NCBI GenBank assembly: GCA_043803815.1
Contig: JAZDJR010000029.1
Location: forward strand, 7,979 to 71,978
Source: Candidatus Micrarchaeota archaeon
GTDB taxonomy: Archaea; Iainarchaeota; Iainarchaeia; Iainarchaeales; JAGVWC01
Direction of reading: 5' to 3'
Length of the DNA stretch: 64,000 nucleotides
Shown: positions 36,119 to 45,855 of the stretch, piece by piece
How positions within the stretch are numbered: position 1 is the first letter of the stretch
How the letters are laid out: every line of letters begins with the position of its first letter
Notes under the pieces: generated by a model
What the model was told of the DNA's origin: nothing
Seen by the model: the letters and a program-made list of their open reading frames with translations, nothing else
The model's database searches: none
Translations under genes and position numbers: made by a program

Positions 36119-37837
36119 TTAAACCTGAATGACATTGTCTGCGTATTTTGCATATTTTTCGTCGTGGGACACGAGAATTATTTGCTGCTTTTTTGATATT
36201 TGTTTTAGTAAATTCATCGTGTTTTCGAGCCGGTCTTTGTCAAAAGAGTGAAACGGGTCGTCGAATATGAGTGGAATTGGCTTCCCGGCAAGTTCTTTTG
36301 CCACAATTATCCTGATAGCAATATAAATCTGGTCTTTGGTTCCTTGGCTTAACTGGCTTATTGGGATTGAATTTTTTGTTTTTGGGTCAATTATTTGAAT
36401 ATCGGTAATATCATTGTAGCTTACTTGGGTATACTTGTTTGAAGTAATTTGCTGGAGCAACTCGCCTATTTCTTTGTTTATTTTTGGGGTAAGCTGACTT
36501 TGAAGTTCAGTATACGCTGCTTGGAGGTATTCTGTTGCGGTTTCATACGCCTGGATTTTTGTATTTAAGTCGTTAAGCTGGGCGTCAAATTGTTCTTGCT
36601 TTTCTTTTAATTCAACGGGGTCAGCGTTCATTTCGGCGATGGTTTCGACTTGGCCGCATAGTTTGGAATATTTTTTTTCGAGTGAGGGGATTTCGGTGTT
36701 AAGGGTTTCGAGTTCGTAGAAATGCTCGTCATTGAATGGCTTTGCCGAAAATTGTTCGTTTTGAGTTTTGGCTATTGCGAACTCGTTTCGCGCGTTCGTC
36801 TCTTCCGCGTTGAGTTCTATTATCTTGTTTTTTTTATTTTGAATAAACTGTGTCGGGACGTTCGTTTGGTTAGGTTGGGGTTTTTTGTGTTTTCTGTATA
36901 AATGAATCGCAAGGGGTATCGCGACTATTAACCCGATTATGGTAACCGCGAGTATTAGCGCAAGGATTGCCAGTAAAATATCCATATTGGAAAATTTGGC
37001 TTTTTGCTGGATTATTGGCTGGCTTTCTAATTCTTTTATTTCTTTTTCGAGTTCTTCCTTCTGAGTGGTGATTCCTTTGTATTTTTTTTCAAGCTCTTGC
37101 GCTTTTTCTTCGAGCGCTTTTTTTGTTTTATTTTCTTCGAATGCCGCTTGTAGTTGTTTCTGGCGGGGCTTTTTTTCATTGAGTTGTTTGTCTAAGTATT
37201 CAAGCTCAGCTTGGTGGCCTTTTTTCTTTTCGTGATATTGCTCTACTTGGGGGATTTTTTCGTTTAAGTCATCGAGTTTTTCTTCCAATTCTTGTTTTTC
37301 TTGTTCAAAGCTCTTTGTTTTTTTTGCTATCTTTCGGTCTATTTTTGAAAAAGACTCTTCTTCGGTCGGGGTTTGGTTTAGAAATGCATCGTAAAATTTT
37401 GTTTGCGTATTTTGGTCGTCGATAATTCCGATTTGGTTTTGGGCCACAAAGGTGGTATTTTTGAAGACTTTTTCATCGACTATTCCAAAATGCTTTGCGA
37501 CCATTTGATTTATTTGGTCTTTTTTTTGGGTTACTTTTTTTGTCTTTAATTCAGTAAGTTTATCCGCTTGACTGATATAATCGCGCTCTATGGAAAACTG
37601 TTTTCCATCTAGCAAATATGTCAGTTTGGTTTCACAGGTGGTTTCTTGACCCCAGGATATTAGCGGTTCTATAACTGGGGTTCTTCTGTGAAATACTGCT
37701 GATAACAATGCTTCTAACGTGGTTGATTTTCCGGCTTCGTTTTTTCCAATTATCACATTAAAGCCCGGTTTGAGCAAAATGGTTTTTTTCTTGTCAAATT
37801 GCCGAAAACCTTGGAATTCAAGTTTTTGAAACTGCAT
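36119..37837 (-). CDS. Rad50/SMC-like ABC ATPase with central TM segment (YhaN-like)
   Basis: GKNEAGKST, coiled coil, hydrophobic apex, LSQGT signature, LIFDDPF, VSH. Confidence 0.88.
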   Translation of the reverse strand: MQFQKLEFQGFRQFDKKKTILLKPGFNVIIGKNEAGKSTTLEALLSAVFHRRTPVIEPLISWGQETTCETKLTYLLDGKQFSIERDYISQADKLTELKTKKVTQKKDQINQMVAKHFGIVDEKVFKNTTFVAQNQIGIIDDQNTQTKFYDAFLNQTPTEEESFSKIDRKIAKKTKSFEQEKQELEEKLDDLNEKIPQVEQYHEKKKGHQAELEYLDKQLNEKKPRQKQLQAAFEENKTKKALEEKAQELEKKYKGITTQKEELEKEIKELESQPIIQQKAKFSNMDILLAILALILAVTIIGLIVAIPLAIHLYRKHKKPQPNQTNVPTQFIQNKKNKIIELNAEETNARNEFAIAKTQNEQFSAKPFNDEHFYELETLNTEIPSLEKKYSKLCGQVETIAEMNADPVELKEKQEQFDAQLNDLNTKIQAYETATEYLQAAYTELQSQLTPKINKEIGELLQQITSNKYTQVSYNDITDIQIIDPKTKNSIPISQLSQGTKDQIYIAIRIIVAKELAGKPIPLIFDDPFHSFDKDRLENTMNLLKQISKKQQIILVSHDEKYAKYADNVIQV

Positions 37838-37845
37838 TTTGTCAC

Positions 37846-38931
37846 CTATAGTTTTCCGTCTAGTGCACGTAATCCGATTCGATAGGCCAGTTCTTTAACT
37901 TTCATTTCTTGGCCATTTTTTTCATTTTTTATTGATTCTTGCATTAATCGAATAAATCTGCCGCGAAGGCTTGCGTCCGGAATTTCGTTCATTGGAATGT
38001 GGGTTTGGTCGTTAATTTCCAGGTAAAAATAGTCGTCTTGAAAGTGTTCTACAAGTGAGTCTGCATCAATTTCGGTTGGATTGGCTGGGGTTCCTTTGAG
38101 GGTGAGCCGTAAACTTGTGTTTATGTCCGCATTTTGTTTTAAAATTTCAAATGCGCGGTTTTGATTTTGGGTCAGGTCAATTTCTTCTAGTTTGTACGTC
38201 GTTTCGTTTGTTTTTTGTTTTTGAACTTTTACCGTCTCTTCGGTAGTTTCAACTAGTAAAATATTTGATTCGCCGGCTTGTGAAAAACTTAATGGTTCGG
38301 GAGTGCCGGCGTACCATGCGGGTATTTTTGTGTCTAATTGGCTTGTTTTGTGGAAATGTCCCAATGCGAGGTATGTGAGTCCGCTGTTTTCAATGTCTTT
38401 TTTGTCTATTGGCGCATAGGCTTTTTCTTCTTCTTCAGCCCAGTTAAATTTTGTGTAAGAGCCGTGAACTATCCCGACATTTATTTTTTCCGGTTTTTTT
38501 ACTTCAAAAGCTTTCAGTGGATCCGCATCCGGATTTTGATAATTAAATGCACAGCCATGAATAATCCATTCGCCTAAATCGAAACTTTCCATTTTGCTGT
38601 TGGTAAAAATTTTAACATTGGATGGAAACAAAGAGCAGTCGTATGGATTTTTATCCCCAAAATCGTGATTTCCTGGAACAATAAAGACTGGGATATTCTC
38701 TTTGCGCAATTTATTGAATTCGCTAATTACTGTGTCTATTGTGACTGGGTTTGGAAAACAGGAATCAAATAAATCTCCGCAAATTAACAATGCATCTGCA
38801 TTTTCCTTAATTGAAAAATTTATAATCGTAGAAAAAGTTGTCAATAGTCGTTTTCGTTGTTTATTTGCTTTATTGCCAAGTTTGGAAAATCTGGCGCCTA
38901 AATGCAAATCTCCCGTTTGTACAAAACGCAT
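37846..38931 (-). CDS. Mre11/SbcD-family metallophosphoesterase nuclease
   Basis: DLHLG, GDLFD, GNHD, HG, LGHFH, YAGTPE motifs. Confidence 0.92.
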   Translation of the reverse strand: MRFVQTGDLHLGARFSKLGNKANKQRKRLLTTFSTIINFSIKENADALLICGDLFDSCFPNPVTIDTVISEFNKLRKENIPVFIVPGNHDFGDKNPYDCSLFPSNVKIFTNSKMESFDLGEWIIHGCAFNYQNPDADPLKAFEVKKPEKINVGIVHGSYTKFNWAEEEEKAYAPIDKKDIENSGLTYLALGHFHKTSQLDTKIPAWYAGTPEPLSFSQAGESNILLVETTEETVKVQKQKTNETTYKLEEIDLTQNQNRAFEILKQNADINTSLRLTLKGTPANPTEIDADSLVEHFQDDYFYLEINDQTHIPMNEIPDASLRGRFIRLMQESIKNEKNGQEMKVKELAYRIGLRALDGKL

Positions 38932-39024
38932 ATCGGTCTACCTTCACAGTATACTCCATTTAGAATATCTTAAAAACCAACAAAACTACTCTTCATCGTT
39001 TTCACATTGATTGTATGCCGCTTT

Positions 39025-42000
39025 TTAGTCTCCTTTTGGGCAGTATAATTTGTAGCCGCATTTTTCGCATGTTTTGTCGTCTTGGCTGGGTTCAAAATGG
39101 CTTTTTTGATAGTCTTGGCTGGCTTTTTGGGCGATTTCAAGCAATTCGGCTTGTATTTCTTGGAGCTTTGCAGGGTCTGTGCGGCCGCCGATTTCGGTCA
39201 TGTCGCCTTCAGGGCTTAGGTTATACGTGCGGGGTTTTTCCTGTTCCAGTAGCTCATAGGTTAGGTGTTTGACGGTGTATCCTTTGGCTTTTAGGGTTTG
39301 GTCGTTTTGGACTGCTAGTGCATAGAGCAAGAGTTGGCGTGCGCGCTTTGTTTTGTCGGGTTCTTGGCCGGTTTTGTAGTCGATGATTTCAATTTCATTG
39401 GTTTGCGGGTTTAATTTGTCAATGCGGTCGATTTTTCCTTTGAAGTAATAACCGTCGAGTTTGAATTGGAATCCTTGTTCGACTGAAATGTTATTTTGTA
39501 ATCTGTCGGCTTGTCGGGCCCAGAATGTATCAAATATAAGTTTGGCCCGTGCGTGGTCGATGCGTGAGTAGTCTGGGTGTTGGGCGGTTTGGTGGGCAAT
39601 TGTTTGGAGTTGTTCGCGGCTGGTTATTTTTTGTTGGACTGCAATTTCTAGTGCGCGGTGGATATATTCGCCGAATTTGAGGGCACCGTCTCCTTGGTTG
39701 TCGTTTTGGCGGGTTGGCATTCGTAGGATGTGGGCGAGTTCGTATTTTTTGGGACATTCATCGTAGGTGGATAATGCGGTGAAAGAGAAGGGCGTGTCGG
39801 CGGGGTTAAAGGTTTGGCTGTTAGTGTTTTCATTTTTGGTTTTTTCGAGGATTTGCTGGGCTTCTTGGTTGGCTTTTTGGATTTGGTCTGAATTGGGGTT
39901 GATGGGCTTGCCGGTCAGGGTTGTGTAGGTTAATAAGTGGTGGAATGCTTGGTCTGGGTCAGTGTCGATGTTGGCAATTAAGAGTTTTTTGATTTGGGCT
40001 TTTTGGCGTTCGAGGTCGGTGTCTTTGAGGATGTCGCGGGCTTTGACCTCATTGTCGGTTATGAGTTCAAGGTCGGCGTGGGTTTCGGTTAGACCGTAGC
40101 CGGCTTCGCGTAGGAAAATGGATGGTTCGCGCTCATTATCGGAGTAGGTTTTAGCAAAGCACAGGTTAAGATTTTTTTTCGCGCGCGTGCAGGCAACGTA
40201 AGCTAATCGTCTTTCTTCTTTTTGTTTTTCAGTTTTTTTGAGTTCTTTGATTTCCTCTTTGGCTTCTTTTGGTGATTTCTCTTTGAGAATGGGCGCATAG
40301 CGTTCGTCCAGGGCGTCTGGAATAAGGGGTTCTCGACCACCTCTGGTGAGTGGGAATTTATCTTTTACAAGGTCAAGGATGAATACATGATCGAATTCGA
40401 GGCCTTTGGCGGCGTGACAGGACAAAAGGATGATTCCTTCGTCAGTCGCGAGCTGTTGTGCTTCAAGTTCTTCGCCCATTTCGCCGAGGGTTTCCAAATA
40501 TTCAATGAATTCGAATAATTCTGAGCCGTGAATGTCTTGGAATTTAATAGTCAAGTCGTGTAAGTATCGTAGGTTGAGCAAGGATTGTCGGTTTTCATGA
40601 GTGGATTCGTACGAGAACCAACGTGATAGTCCTGTGCTTTCATAAATATCAAGCAAGAGATTGGAAATGGTTTTGTTTTTGTTTTTTCGTAGCTCCTCAA
40701 TTTTGGCGCTTAAGCGGGCGAGCTTTTCTTGGCCGTCGGAGGATAGTCCAGTTGGGGGTTTGCTGAACAAAACATGTTGAATGCTGTCGTATTTAGCTGC
40801 GTGGGCTAGTATATGGGAGTCAGCATTGCTCAAGCCATATTTGTAGTGCAGTAACTTCCACCAGGCAGGGTCTGCTGCAAAGGTGGGTTTTTCCATATTA
40901 GCAATGACGTAAAGATACGCGAGGCTTGTTCGGATTTCTGGGCATCGAAAAAAGCTGGTGCCGCCTATACTTTGGTATGGGATTCCACGTCGATCTAACG
41001 TATTTTGGATTTCTTGGGCAGATGAATATGAGCGGAATAATATGGCAATTTCATTATATGGCGTGCTGTTCGAATGTACTGTTTCGATTTCCTCGAGAAC
41101 CCGGCGGGCCTGTTCTTTGGGGTCAATCGTTTGCAATAATTTGACTTTGGTGCCTTCGGTTTGAAATGCGGATTCAAGTTGTATGGCTCTGGTCGGGTCC
41201 GAATAATTGTTTTGTACGAGTCGGTGGGCGGTCCGTAGAATTGTGTTCGTCGAGCGATAATTTTGCTTTAAAGCTAGTGTTTGGGCATTGAACTCTTTTT
41301 CAAATGCCTCCAAATTATTGGCATACGCTCCGCGAAATGCGTAAATTGCCTGATTAGGGTCGCCGACAACCGTGATTTTTTTTTGTTCGCCACACAATAC
41401 TTTCAACAAATCGAATTGTTGTCGGTTCGTGTCCTGGAATTCGTCCACAATCACATAATCAAACATTTTGGCCAGTTCTTCTTCGCCGCCTTCGGCTGCC
41501 CAATCAAGTACGCGCTTGTTGAGGTCCGCATAATCCAACAAATTCTTCTCCTCTTTGATTTGTTCATAGGCCGTCCATGCATTCAAAAAATTCGAATAAT
41601 CTTCATATTCCGCAAATAAGTCCAAAAAGTCCCGGAGTTCCTTCTTTTCCAGTTTAGTTTCTCCAGTCGCCCGCTCTAAATGTAATGTTTGAAGCCGAAG
41701 TCTCGCTCTATGAACATATTCTGCCAAATCCGAACCATCTGTCAACTCGTCCACTTGTCTTTTTAAGTCTGTTAAAAACGATTCATACTGTGCGGGCGTC
41801 AAATTCAGGTCTTTGGCTTTTTCTATGCTTGACACATAAAACTTGGCATTGTAAGCGGGAATCCCAAGCCTTCGATGCAACAGAATGGCGGCATCAATTT
41901 CATCCACAATCTGGGCTCCTTCAGTCACGCCCGTTTGCGTTGAATGTGAAACTAGTAAATCGTAACAAAATGCATGAAATGTGCTAGCTGTACTCTCCTG

Positions 42001-42258
42001 TGCTGAAGGTAAAACCTTCTCGACATCTTCCTTCATTTTGCGCGCAGCCTCGCGAGAAAAAGTAAGCATTAATAAACGTCCAGGTATAATCCCTTTTTCC
42101 TTTATCAAAAATGCAGCCTTGGCAGTAATCATCATCGTCTTACCCGTGCCTGCGCCAGCAATGACTAAAACAGAGCCGTTAGTCGATTCAACAGCTTGGC
42201 ATTGTTCGGGATTTAGCTGTTTGCCGGTTTCCGTTTGGAACCATTCAAAAAAAGTCAT
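39025..42258 (-). CDS. UvrD/SF1 helicase fused to a C-terminal PD-(D/E)XK nuclease with Fe-S-type cysteines (AdnB/AddA-like)
   Basis: AGAGTGKT, VDEFQD, VGDPNQAIY, NYRS, HAAKGLEF, YVACTRA; CPKKY...GKIDRID...IIDYKTG...CEKCGYKLYC. Confidence 0.92.
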   Translation of the reverse strand: MTFFEWFQTETGKQLNPEQCQAVESTNGSVLVIAGAGTGKTMMITAKAAFLIKEKGIIPGRLLMLTFSREAARKMKEDVEKVLPSAQESTASTFHAFCYDLLVSHSTQTGVTEGAQIVDEIDAAILLHRRLGIPAYNAKFYVSSIEKAKDLNLTPAQYESFLTDLKRQVDELTDGSDLAEYVHRARLRLQTLHLERATGETKLEKKELRDFLDLFAEYEDYSNFLNAWTAYEQIKEEKNLLDYADLNKRVLDWAAEGGEEELAKMFDYVIVDEFQDTNRQQFDLLKVLCGEQKKITVVGDPNQAIYAFRGAYANNLEAFEKEFNAQTLALKQNYRSTNTILRTAHRLVQNNYSDPTRAIQLESAFQTEGTKVKLLQTIDPKEQARRVLEEIETVHSNSTPYNEIAILFRSYSSAQEIQNTLDRRGIPYQSIGGTSFFRCPEIRTSLAYLYVIANMEKPTFAADPAWWKLLHYKYGLSNADSHILAHAAKYDSIQHVLFSKPPTGLSSDGQEKLARLSAKIEELRKNKNKTISNLLLDIYESTGLSRWFSYESTHENRQSLLNLRYLHDLTIKFQDIHGSELFEFIEYLETLGEMGEELEAQQLATDEGIILLSCHAAKGLEFDHVFILDLVKDKFPLTRGGREPLIPDALDERYAPILKEKSPKEAKEEIKELKKTEKQKEERRLAYVACTRAKKNLNLCFAKTYSDNEREPSIFLREAGYGLTETHADLELITDNEVKARDILKDTDLERQKAQIKKLLIANIDTDPDQAFHHLLTYTTLTGKPINPNSDQIQKANQEAQQILEKTKNENTNSQTFNPADTPFSFTALSTYDECPKKYELAHILRMPTRQNDNQGDGALKFGEYIHRALEIAVQQKITSREQLQTIAHQTAQHPDYSRIDHARAKLIFDTFWARQADRLQNNISVEQGFQFKLDGYYFKGKIDRIDKLNPQTNEIEIIDYKTGQEPDKTKRARQLLLYALAVQNDQTLKAKGYTVKHLTYELLEQEKPRTYNLSPEGDMTEIGGRTDPAKLQEIQAELLEIAQKASQDYQKSHFEPSQDDKTCEKCGYKLYCPKGD

Positions 42259-42989
42259 ACGGTCCCTCTAAAATAATTTTCTAACTTTTTAATTGTTCCA
42301 TATTTTTTGTAGTTATTATTGAACCAAATATCTGAATCTTTGATACTTTTCGCGTAGTCCCATTTTTTCGTGTGAGTTTGCTGGATTATTTTTGCTTCTT
42401 TTGGAAATTCAAAAAAAGATATACCTCTTTTGACGTTTGTAAATCGTTTATAGATTTTTTTATTTAATCTCAAGACCGATGCTGGAACCCAAAAAATACG
42501 CTTTATTTTCCAGCTCGACTTTTTAAACTCGGGATAATCTTCTCTTCCATGAAGAGTAATCAAAGCGGCAAAATCAAATTTTTCATCCCCTTTTTTATTT
42601 TTTGTACCAAACCTCCAACCCCATTGATAAATTCTGCGTTTGAATTTCCACTTTTTATTTCTCTTGATATGCATAAAGTCCTGGTTTGGATAGACTCCCT
42701 CATTTTTCAAAGTTGAAGTTTTTACTTCAATTCTGACTTCCTTTCCTTGGAACTGCAATAGTAAGTCATATCTGTGATGGCCACTTTTGTAATACACTTT
42801 GGCTTTTGGAAATTCACGCAAAAGGAGCTGTGCCACTTGGAATTCCCCATATGTGCCGATAATCGAATTGGCAATTTTTAGACCGGTTTTATCAGAATAA
42901 TTCCTGATTTGGCTAATCAATTTGAGCCCTTTTTTAATTATCTGTTTATTCAGCGGTTTGGGTGCTTCCTTTCTGTTCTTTCTACGCAT
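42255..42989 (-). CDS. PD-(D/E)XK nuclease (restriction endonuclease-like)
   Basis: GTYGE ... YDLL ... IEVKTS. Confidence 0.7.
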   Translation of the reverse strand: MRRKNRKEAPKPLNKQIIKKGLKLISQIRNYSDKTGLKIANSIIGTYGEFQVAQLLLREFPKAKVYYKSGHHRYDLLLQFQGKEVRIEVKTSTLKNEGVYPNQDFMHIKRNKKWKFKRRIYQWGWRFGTKNKKGDEKFDFAALITLHGREDYPEFKKSSWKIKRIFWVPASVLRLNKKIYKRFTNVKRGISFFEFPKEAKIIQQTHTKKWDYAKSIKDSDIWFNNNYKKYGTIKKLENYFRGTV

Positions 42990-43062
42990 CGCTGTTTTCC
43001 CACCTGTAATTTATCAAGTTCAGTATCATTTTTCTTCATTCGTTGGTATTTTTTTCACTTTG

Positions 43063-44448
43063 TTACATCTCAAGTGTTTGTAAAGCTATTTTTCCAATTA
43101 TTTCTGTTAAAGCGTCTTCGAATTCCCGTGATACATCGGATGTCCCGCTTGTGGCGTGGGTTGCTTCGTGCAATAGCACGCCCGCGTATGTTTGCAGGTC
43201 TTTTAGTTGGTCGCGTTGGATTATTATGTTTGGGTAGTCCCATAGTCCGGCTGGTTGGAATCCGTTTGCTTCCAGCCGCATGGTTTCGGTTATTAGGATT
43301 TTTTTTACGCTAGCGGGTTTTCCGCCGATTAGGTCAAGTAATTGCTTCGTTTTTGAAAATATTTCTTGTTCTTTTTGGTTAAGTTGTTTTTCGTCGATGA
43401 ATTTGAATTCGAAGCTTTCGTTGAAGTTTTGGACATATTGGCCCAGATCAATCATTGGGTTGCCTTGGATGTCCTTGACTCCTTGAATTTTTTCTTTAAC
43501 ATTGTCCGGTATCACAATTACCTTGTAACCGTCTTTTTTTGCTTGGTCGATTAGTTCTTTTTTTTCAATGAGTTCGAACGAGGTTGCGAATACAACTTTT
43601 TCAAAGCTGTTAAGCAGTTTGCAGGCGTGGACGGAAACTTCAACTCTGCTTACTTCATCGTGCATTTCCCCTGCTCCGAACTGTTGGAGGTCTTTGACCA
43701 ACTGTTCCGCGACGGGCTTGGTTTGGGATTGTAGCAGTATTTCCATGATGCGGTCGGAATAAGCGGTGCGGCCTACGTTTGAGCGTTCTCGGTTTAATGC
43801 TTTTCGCAATTTTGCAGTCATTGATGTAATATTGTATGAAAAAAGGTAATTTTCTTCAGTCGCTACTTTGAGGCCCGTAATGTAAATGATTGCTTGTTTG
43901 TCTGTTTTTTCGTAAATTTCGCCTAGTTTTGTTTTTTCGAGGATTTTGGATTGGGAAAATTTGAGAAAATTGCTTTTGGCAGCATCCATGTCTTTTTTAC
44001 TGCAGCCTTTTAGGATGATTTCTGTTCCTTGAAAGTTTTTGTCAGCGCTGGATTCGTCGATGATAGCATGGAGTGTTTTGACGTCTTTAAACCCGTGTTT
44101 TTCGAATTTTTGCGTTGTGATGCTTCCATGGCGGGAAATGATTTTGATTTGGATTCCATAGCGGTCAAATGTTGCAAATGCATCTTTGAGGCCGACTCCG
44201 AATTTACCGATGACTTTTTCCGGGTTATTTAGCTTTTCTTGGTTTTCGTTTTGGGTTAAGTGTTTGTAATGAACGCCGCGTCCATAGTCTCGGATATGCC
44301 AACCGTCTTTGTTTTCAAAGATGTCGATTTCTTTAGTATTGGATAGTATTTGTTCATCCATAGCGTTGGAAATGACTTCTCGTATTCCGTCAGCTACGGT
44401 CCAGTTTTCAAGGACCTTTTCAATGTTTAAATCGAATTTATTTTCCAT
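43063..44448 (-). CDS. GHKL ATPase (MPN635-like) fused to a C-terminal HExxH metallopeptidase-like domain
   Basis: REVISNAMDE, IRDYGRG, GKFGVGLK, GT motifs; LLHEATH near the C-terminus. Confidence 0.8.
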   Translation of the reverse strand: MENKFDLNIEKVLENWTVADGIREVISNAMDEQILSNTKEIDIFENKDGWHIRDYGRGVHYKHLTQNENQEKLNNPEKVIGKFGVGLKDAFATFDRYGIQIKIISRHGSITTQKFEKHGFKDVKTLHAIIDESSADKNFQGTEIILKGCSKKDMDAAKSNFLKFSQSKILEKTKLGEIYEKTDKQAIIYITGLKVATEENYLFSYNITSMTAKLRKALNRERSNVGRTAYSDRIMEILLQSQTKPVAEQLVKDLQQFGAGEMHDEVSRVEVSVHACKLLNSFEKVVFATSFELIEKKELIDQAKKDGYKVIVIPDNVKEKIQGVKDIQGNPMIDLGQYVQNFNESFEFKFIDEKQLNQKEQEIFSKTKQLLDLIGGKPASVKKILITETMRLEANGFQPAGLWDYPNIIIQRDQLKDLQTYAGVLLHEATHATSGTSDVSREFEDALTEIIGKIALQTLEM

Positions 44449-44459
44449 GGGGTGTCTCG

Positions 44460-45053
44460 CTATAATCGTGCTATTTTTCCGGCATCGGTTAATTTGTGTC
44501 CGTTTTCGGTTTCCTCGATGAATCCTTTGTCTTTGAGTTCTTTGATTGCGCGGTAGACCATGGCGGGGCTCAATTTAGTCTCGTCTGCGAGTTTGGCGAT
44601 TTGGGTGGAATCTTCGATTCGTTCCAATACCTTTTGTTGGCTGTCGGTCAAGTCGAATGATAATATGGGGATTGTAATTATTTCATTTTTTTCTTCGGTC
44701 ACGTATATTATTTTTTTTATTTTTGTACTTCGTTGATAGCCGGCAAAAAGGACTCCAAAGCTTTGAGTGCGGCGACCGGTTGATACATTTAGGTAAATTT
44801 CGTCCCCGTTCGGAACCATATCAATCATATCTGTTACCGCGTGTGCAACGGAAACGATTTCGTATACGGGTACTTTTTTTTCTTTTATTTCGATTATTTT
44901 TTCATAGTGTTCTTTAATTGTTTTTATTGCGGCTTGCTGTTTGTCGTCGGTTTCAGTGCTTGAGAGCAGGTAAACCCGATCAATGGAAAAGCGATTGATG
45001 GCCAAAACAATTGAATCAGTCCGGTATACGGGAGTAATTAGCACTCTTGCCAT
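44460..45053 (-). CDS. CARF-HTH transcriptional regulator (Csa3/DUF6293-like)
   Basis: RVYLL, IYLNVSTGRR CARF motif; C-terminal wHTH ...LKDKGFIE...LTDAGKI. Confidence 0.85.
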   Translation of the reverse strand: MARVLITPVYRTDSIVLAINRFSIDRVYLLSSTETDDKQQAAIKTIKEHYEKIIEIKEKKVPVYEIVSVAHAVTDMIDMVPNGDEIYLNVSTGRRTQSFGVLFAGYQRSTKIKKIIYVTEEKNEIITIPILSFDLTDSQQKVLERIEDSTQIAKLADETKLSPAMVYRAIKELKDKGFIEETENGHKLTDAGKIARL

Positions 45054-45097
45054 GATGAACTAGTAACTGTAACCGTTTATAAATATTTGGAATTGTA

Positions 45098-45128
45098 TAC
45101 TGAAAAAGAGGTTTTCTACTGAAAAAGA
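45098..45128. promoter_or_regulatory. 12-bp direct repeats in the divergent promoter region
   Basis: TACTGAAAAAGA at 45098-45109 and 45117-45128, between oppositely oriented TATA-like boxes. Confidence 0.5.
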
Positions 45129-45182
45129 TACTTTTTTAATGATTTTGATACTCCTTCTTGCTAAAATCAAGGGGTTGAATGG

Positions 45183-45458
45183 ATGAGCACCTATAGTAGA
45201 GGTATTGCAGCGGAAAATAAAATCAAAGCAAAGCTTCAGAATAAAGGCTGGCTGGTGCGCCAATCGCCTGGGAGCAGGGGTCCGTTTGACCTTTATGCCT
45301 TGAAAGGTGGACGTAAAATGCTGGTCCAGGTTAAGTCTGGGACAGCCCATTTGACTACTCAAGGTCGTTCGGATTTACGTTGGGTAGCCAAAAGAAAAGG
45401 GGCCACGGCGGTAAGCATGCACGTGCGGGGTCGACAAATCCGTTCAAGGTTTGTTTAA
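45183..45458 (+). CDS. Hjc-like small PD-(D/E)XK nuclease
   Basis: RGIAAE...GWLVRQSPGSRGPFDLYA...LVQVKS. Confidence 0.8.
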   Translation: MSTYSRGIAAENKIKAKLQNKGWLVRQSPGSRGPFDLYALKGGRKMLVQVKSGTAHLTTQGRSDLRWVAKRKGATAVSMHVRGRQIRSRFV

Positions 45459-45471
45459 GTGGTGATATTAA

Positions 45472-45855
45472 ATGCCAAATCGAAATGAGCATATTGTCCT
45501 TGGTTGCCTTCTTGCTGGCGGCGCTTATTTGCTATTTAAACGAGTTGTTAATGAAAAACCGACTTGGGGCGGATTGATAACCTCGGTGGCTGCCGGTGGT
45601 GCAATTGGACTTCTTCCAGACTTATTAGAGCCTGCTACTAACCCAACTCACAGAAATTTTTTTCATAGCGCTCTTGCTCTTGGAACCGGGACGTATGGCA
45701 CTTATAAAGTTCTTCAAAACCCGCTCTTAAATCAAAATCAAAAGCAGTTTCTCTTGGCATTGTTTGCGGGATATGCCAGTCATTTACTAGCTGATGCAAC
45801 AACCGCGCGCAGTATTCCACTCCTTGGAGTTGGTGAAGGATATGGGGAATACTAG
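45472..45855 (+). CDS. YdjM-like membrane metal-dependent hydrolase
   Basis: MPNRNEH, LLPDLLE, HRNFFHS, GYASHLLAD. Confidence 0.85.
   Translation: MPNRNEHIVLGCLLAGGAYLLFKRVVNEKPTWGGLITSVAAGGAIGLLPDLLEPATNPTHRNFFHSALALGTGTYGTYKVLQNPLLNQNQKQFLLALFAGYASHLLADATTARSIPLLGVGEGYGEY

Noticed and set aside
44460-45053. CRISPR-Cas locus suggested by the Csa3-like gene and Cas4-like nuclease domain
   Set aside because: No repeat-spacer array or core cas genes seen anywhere in the window.
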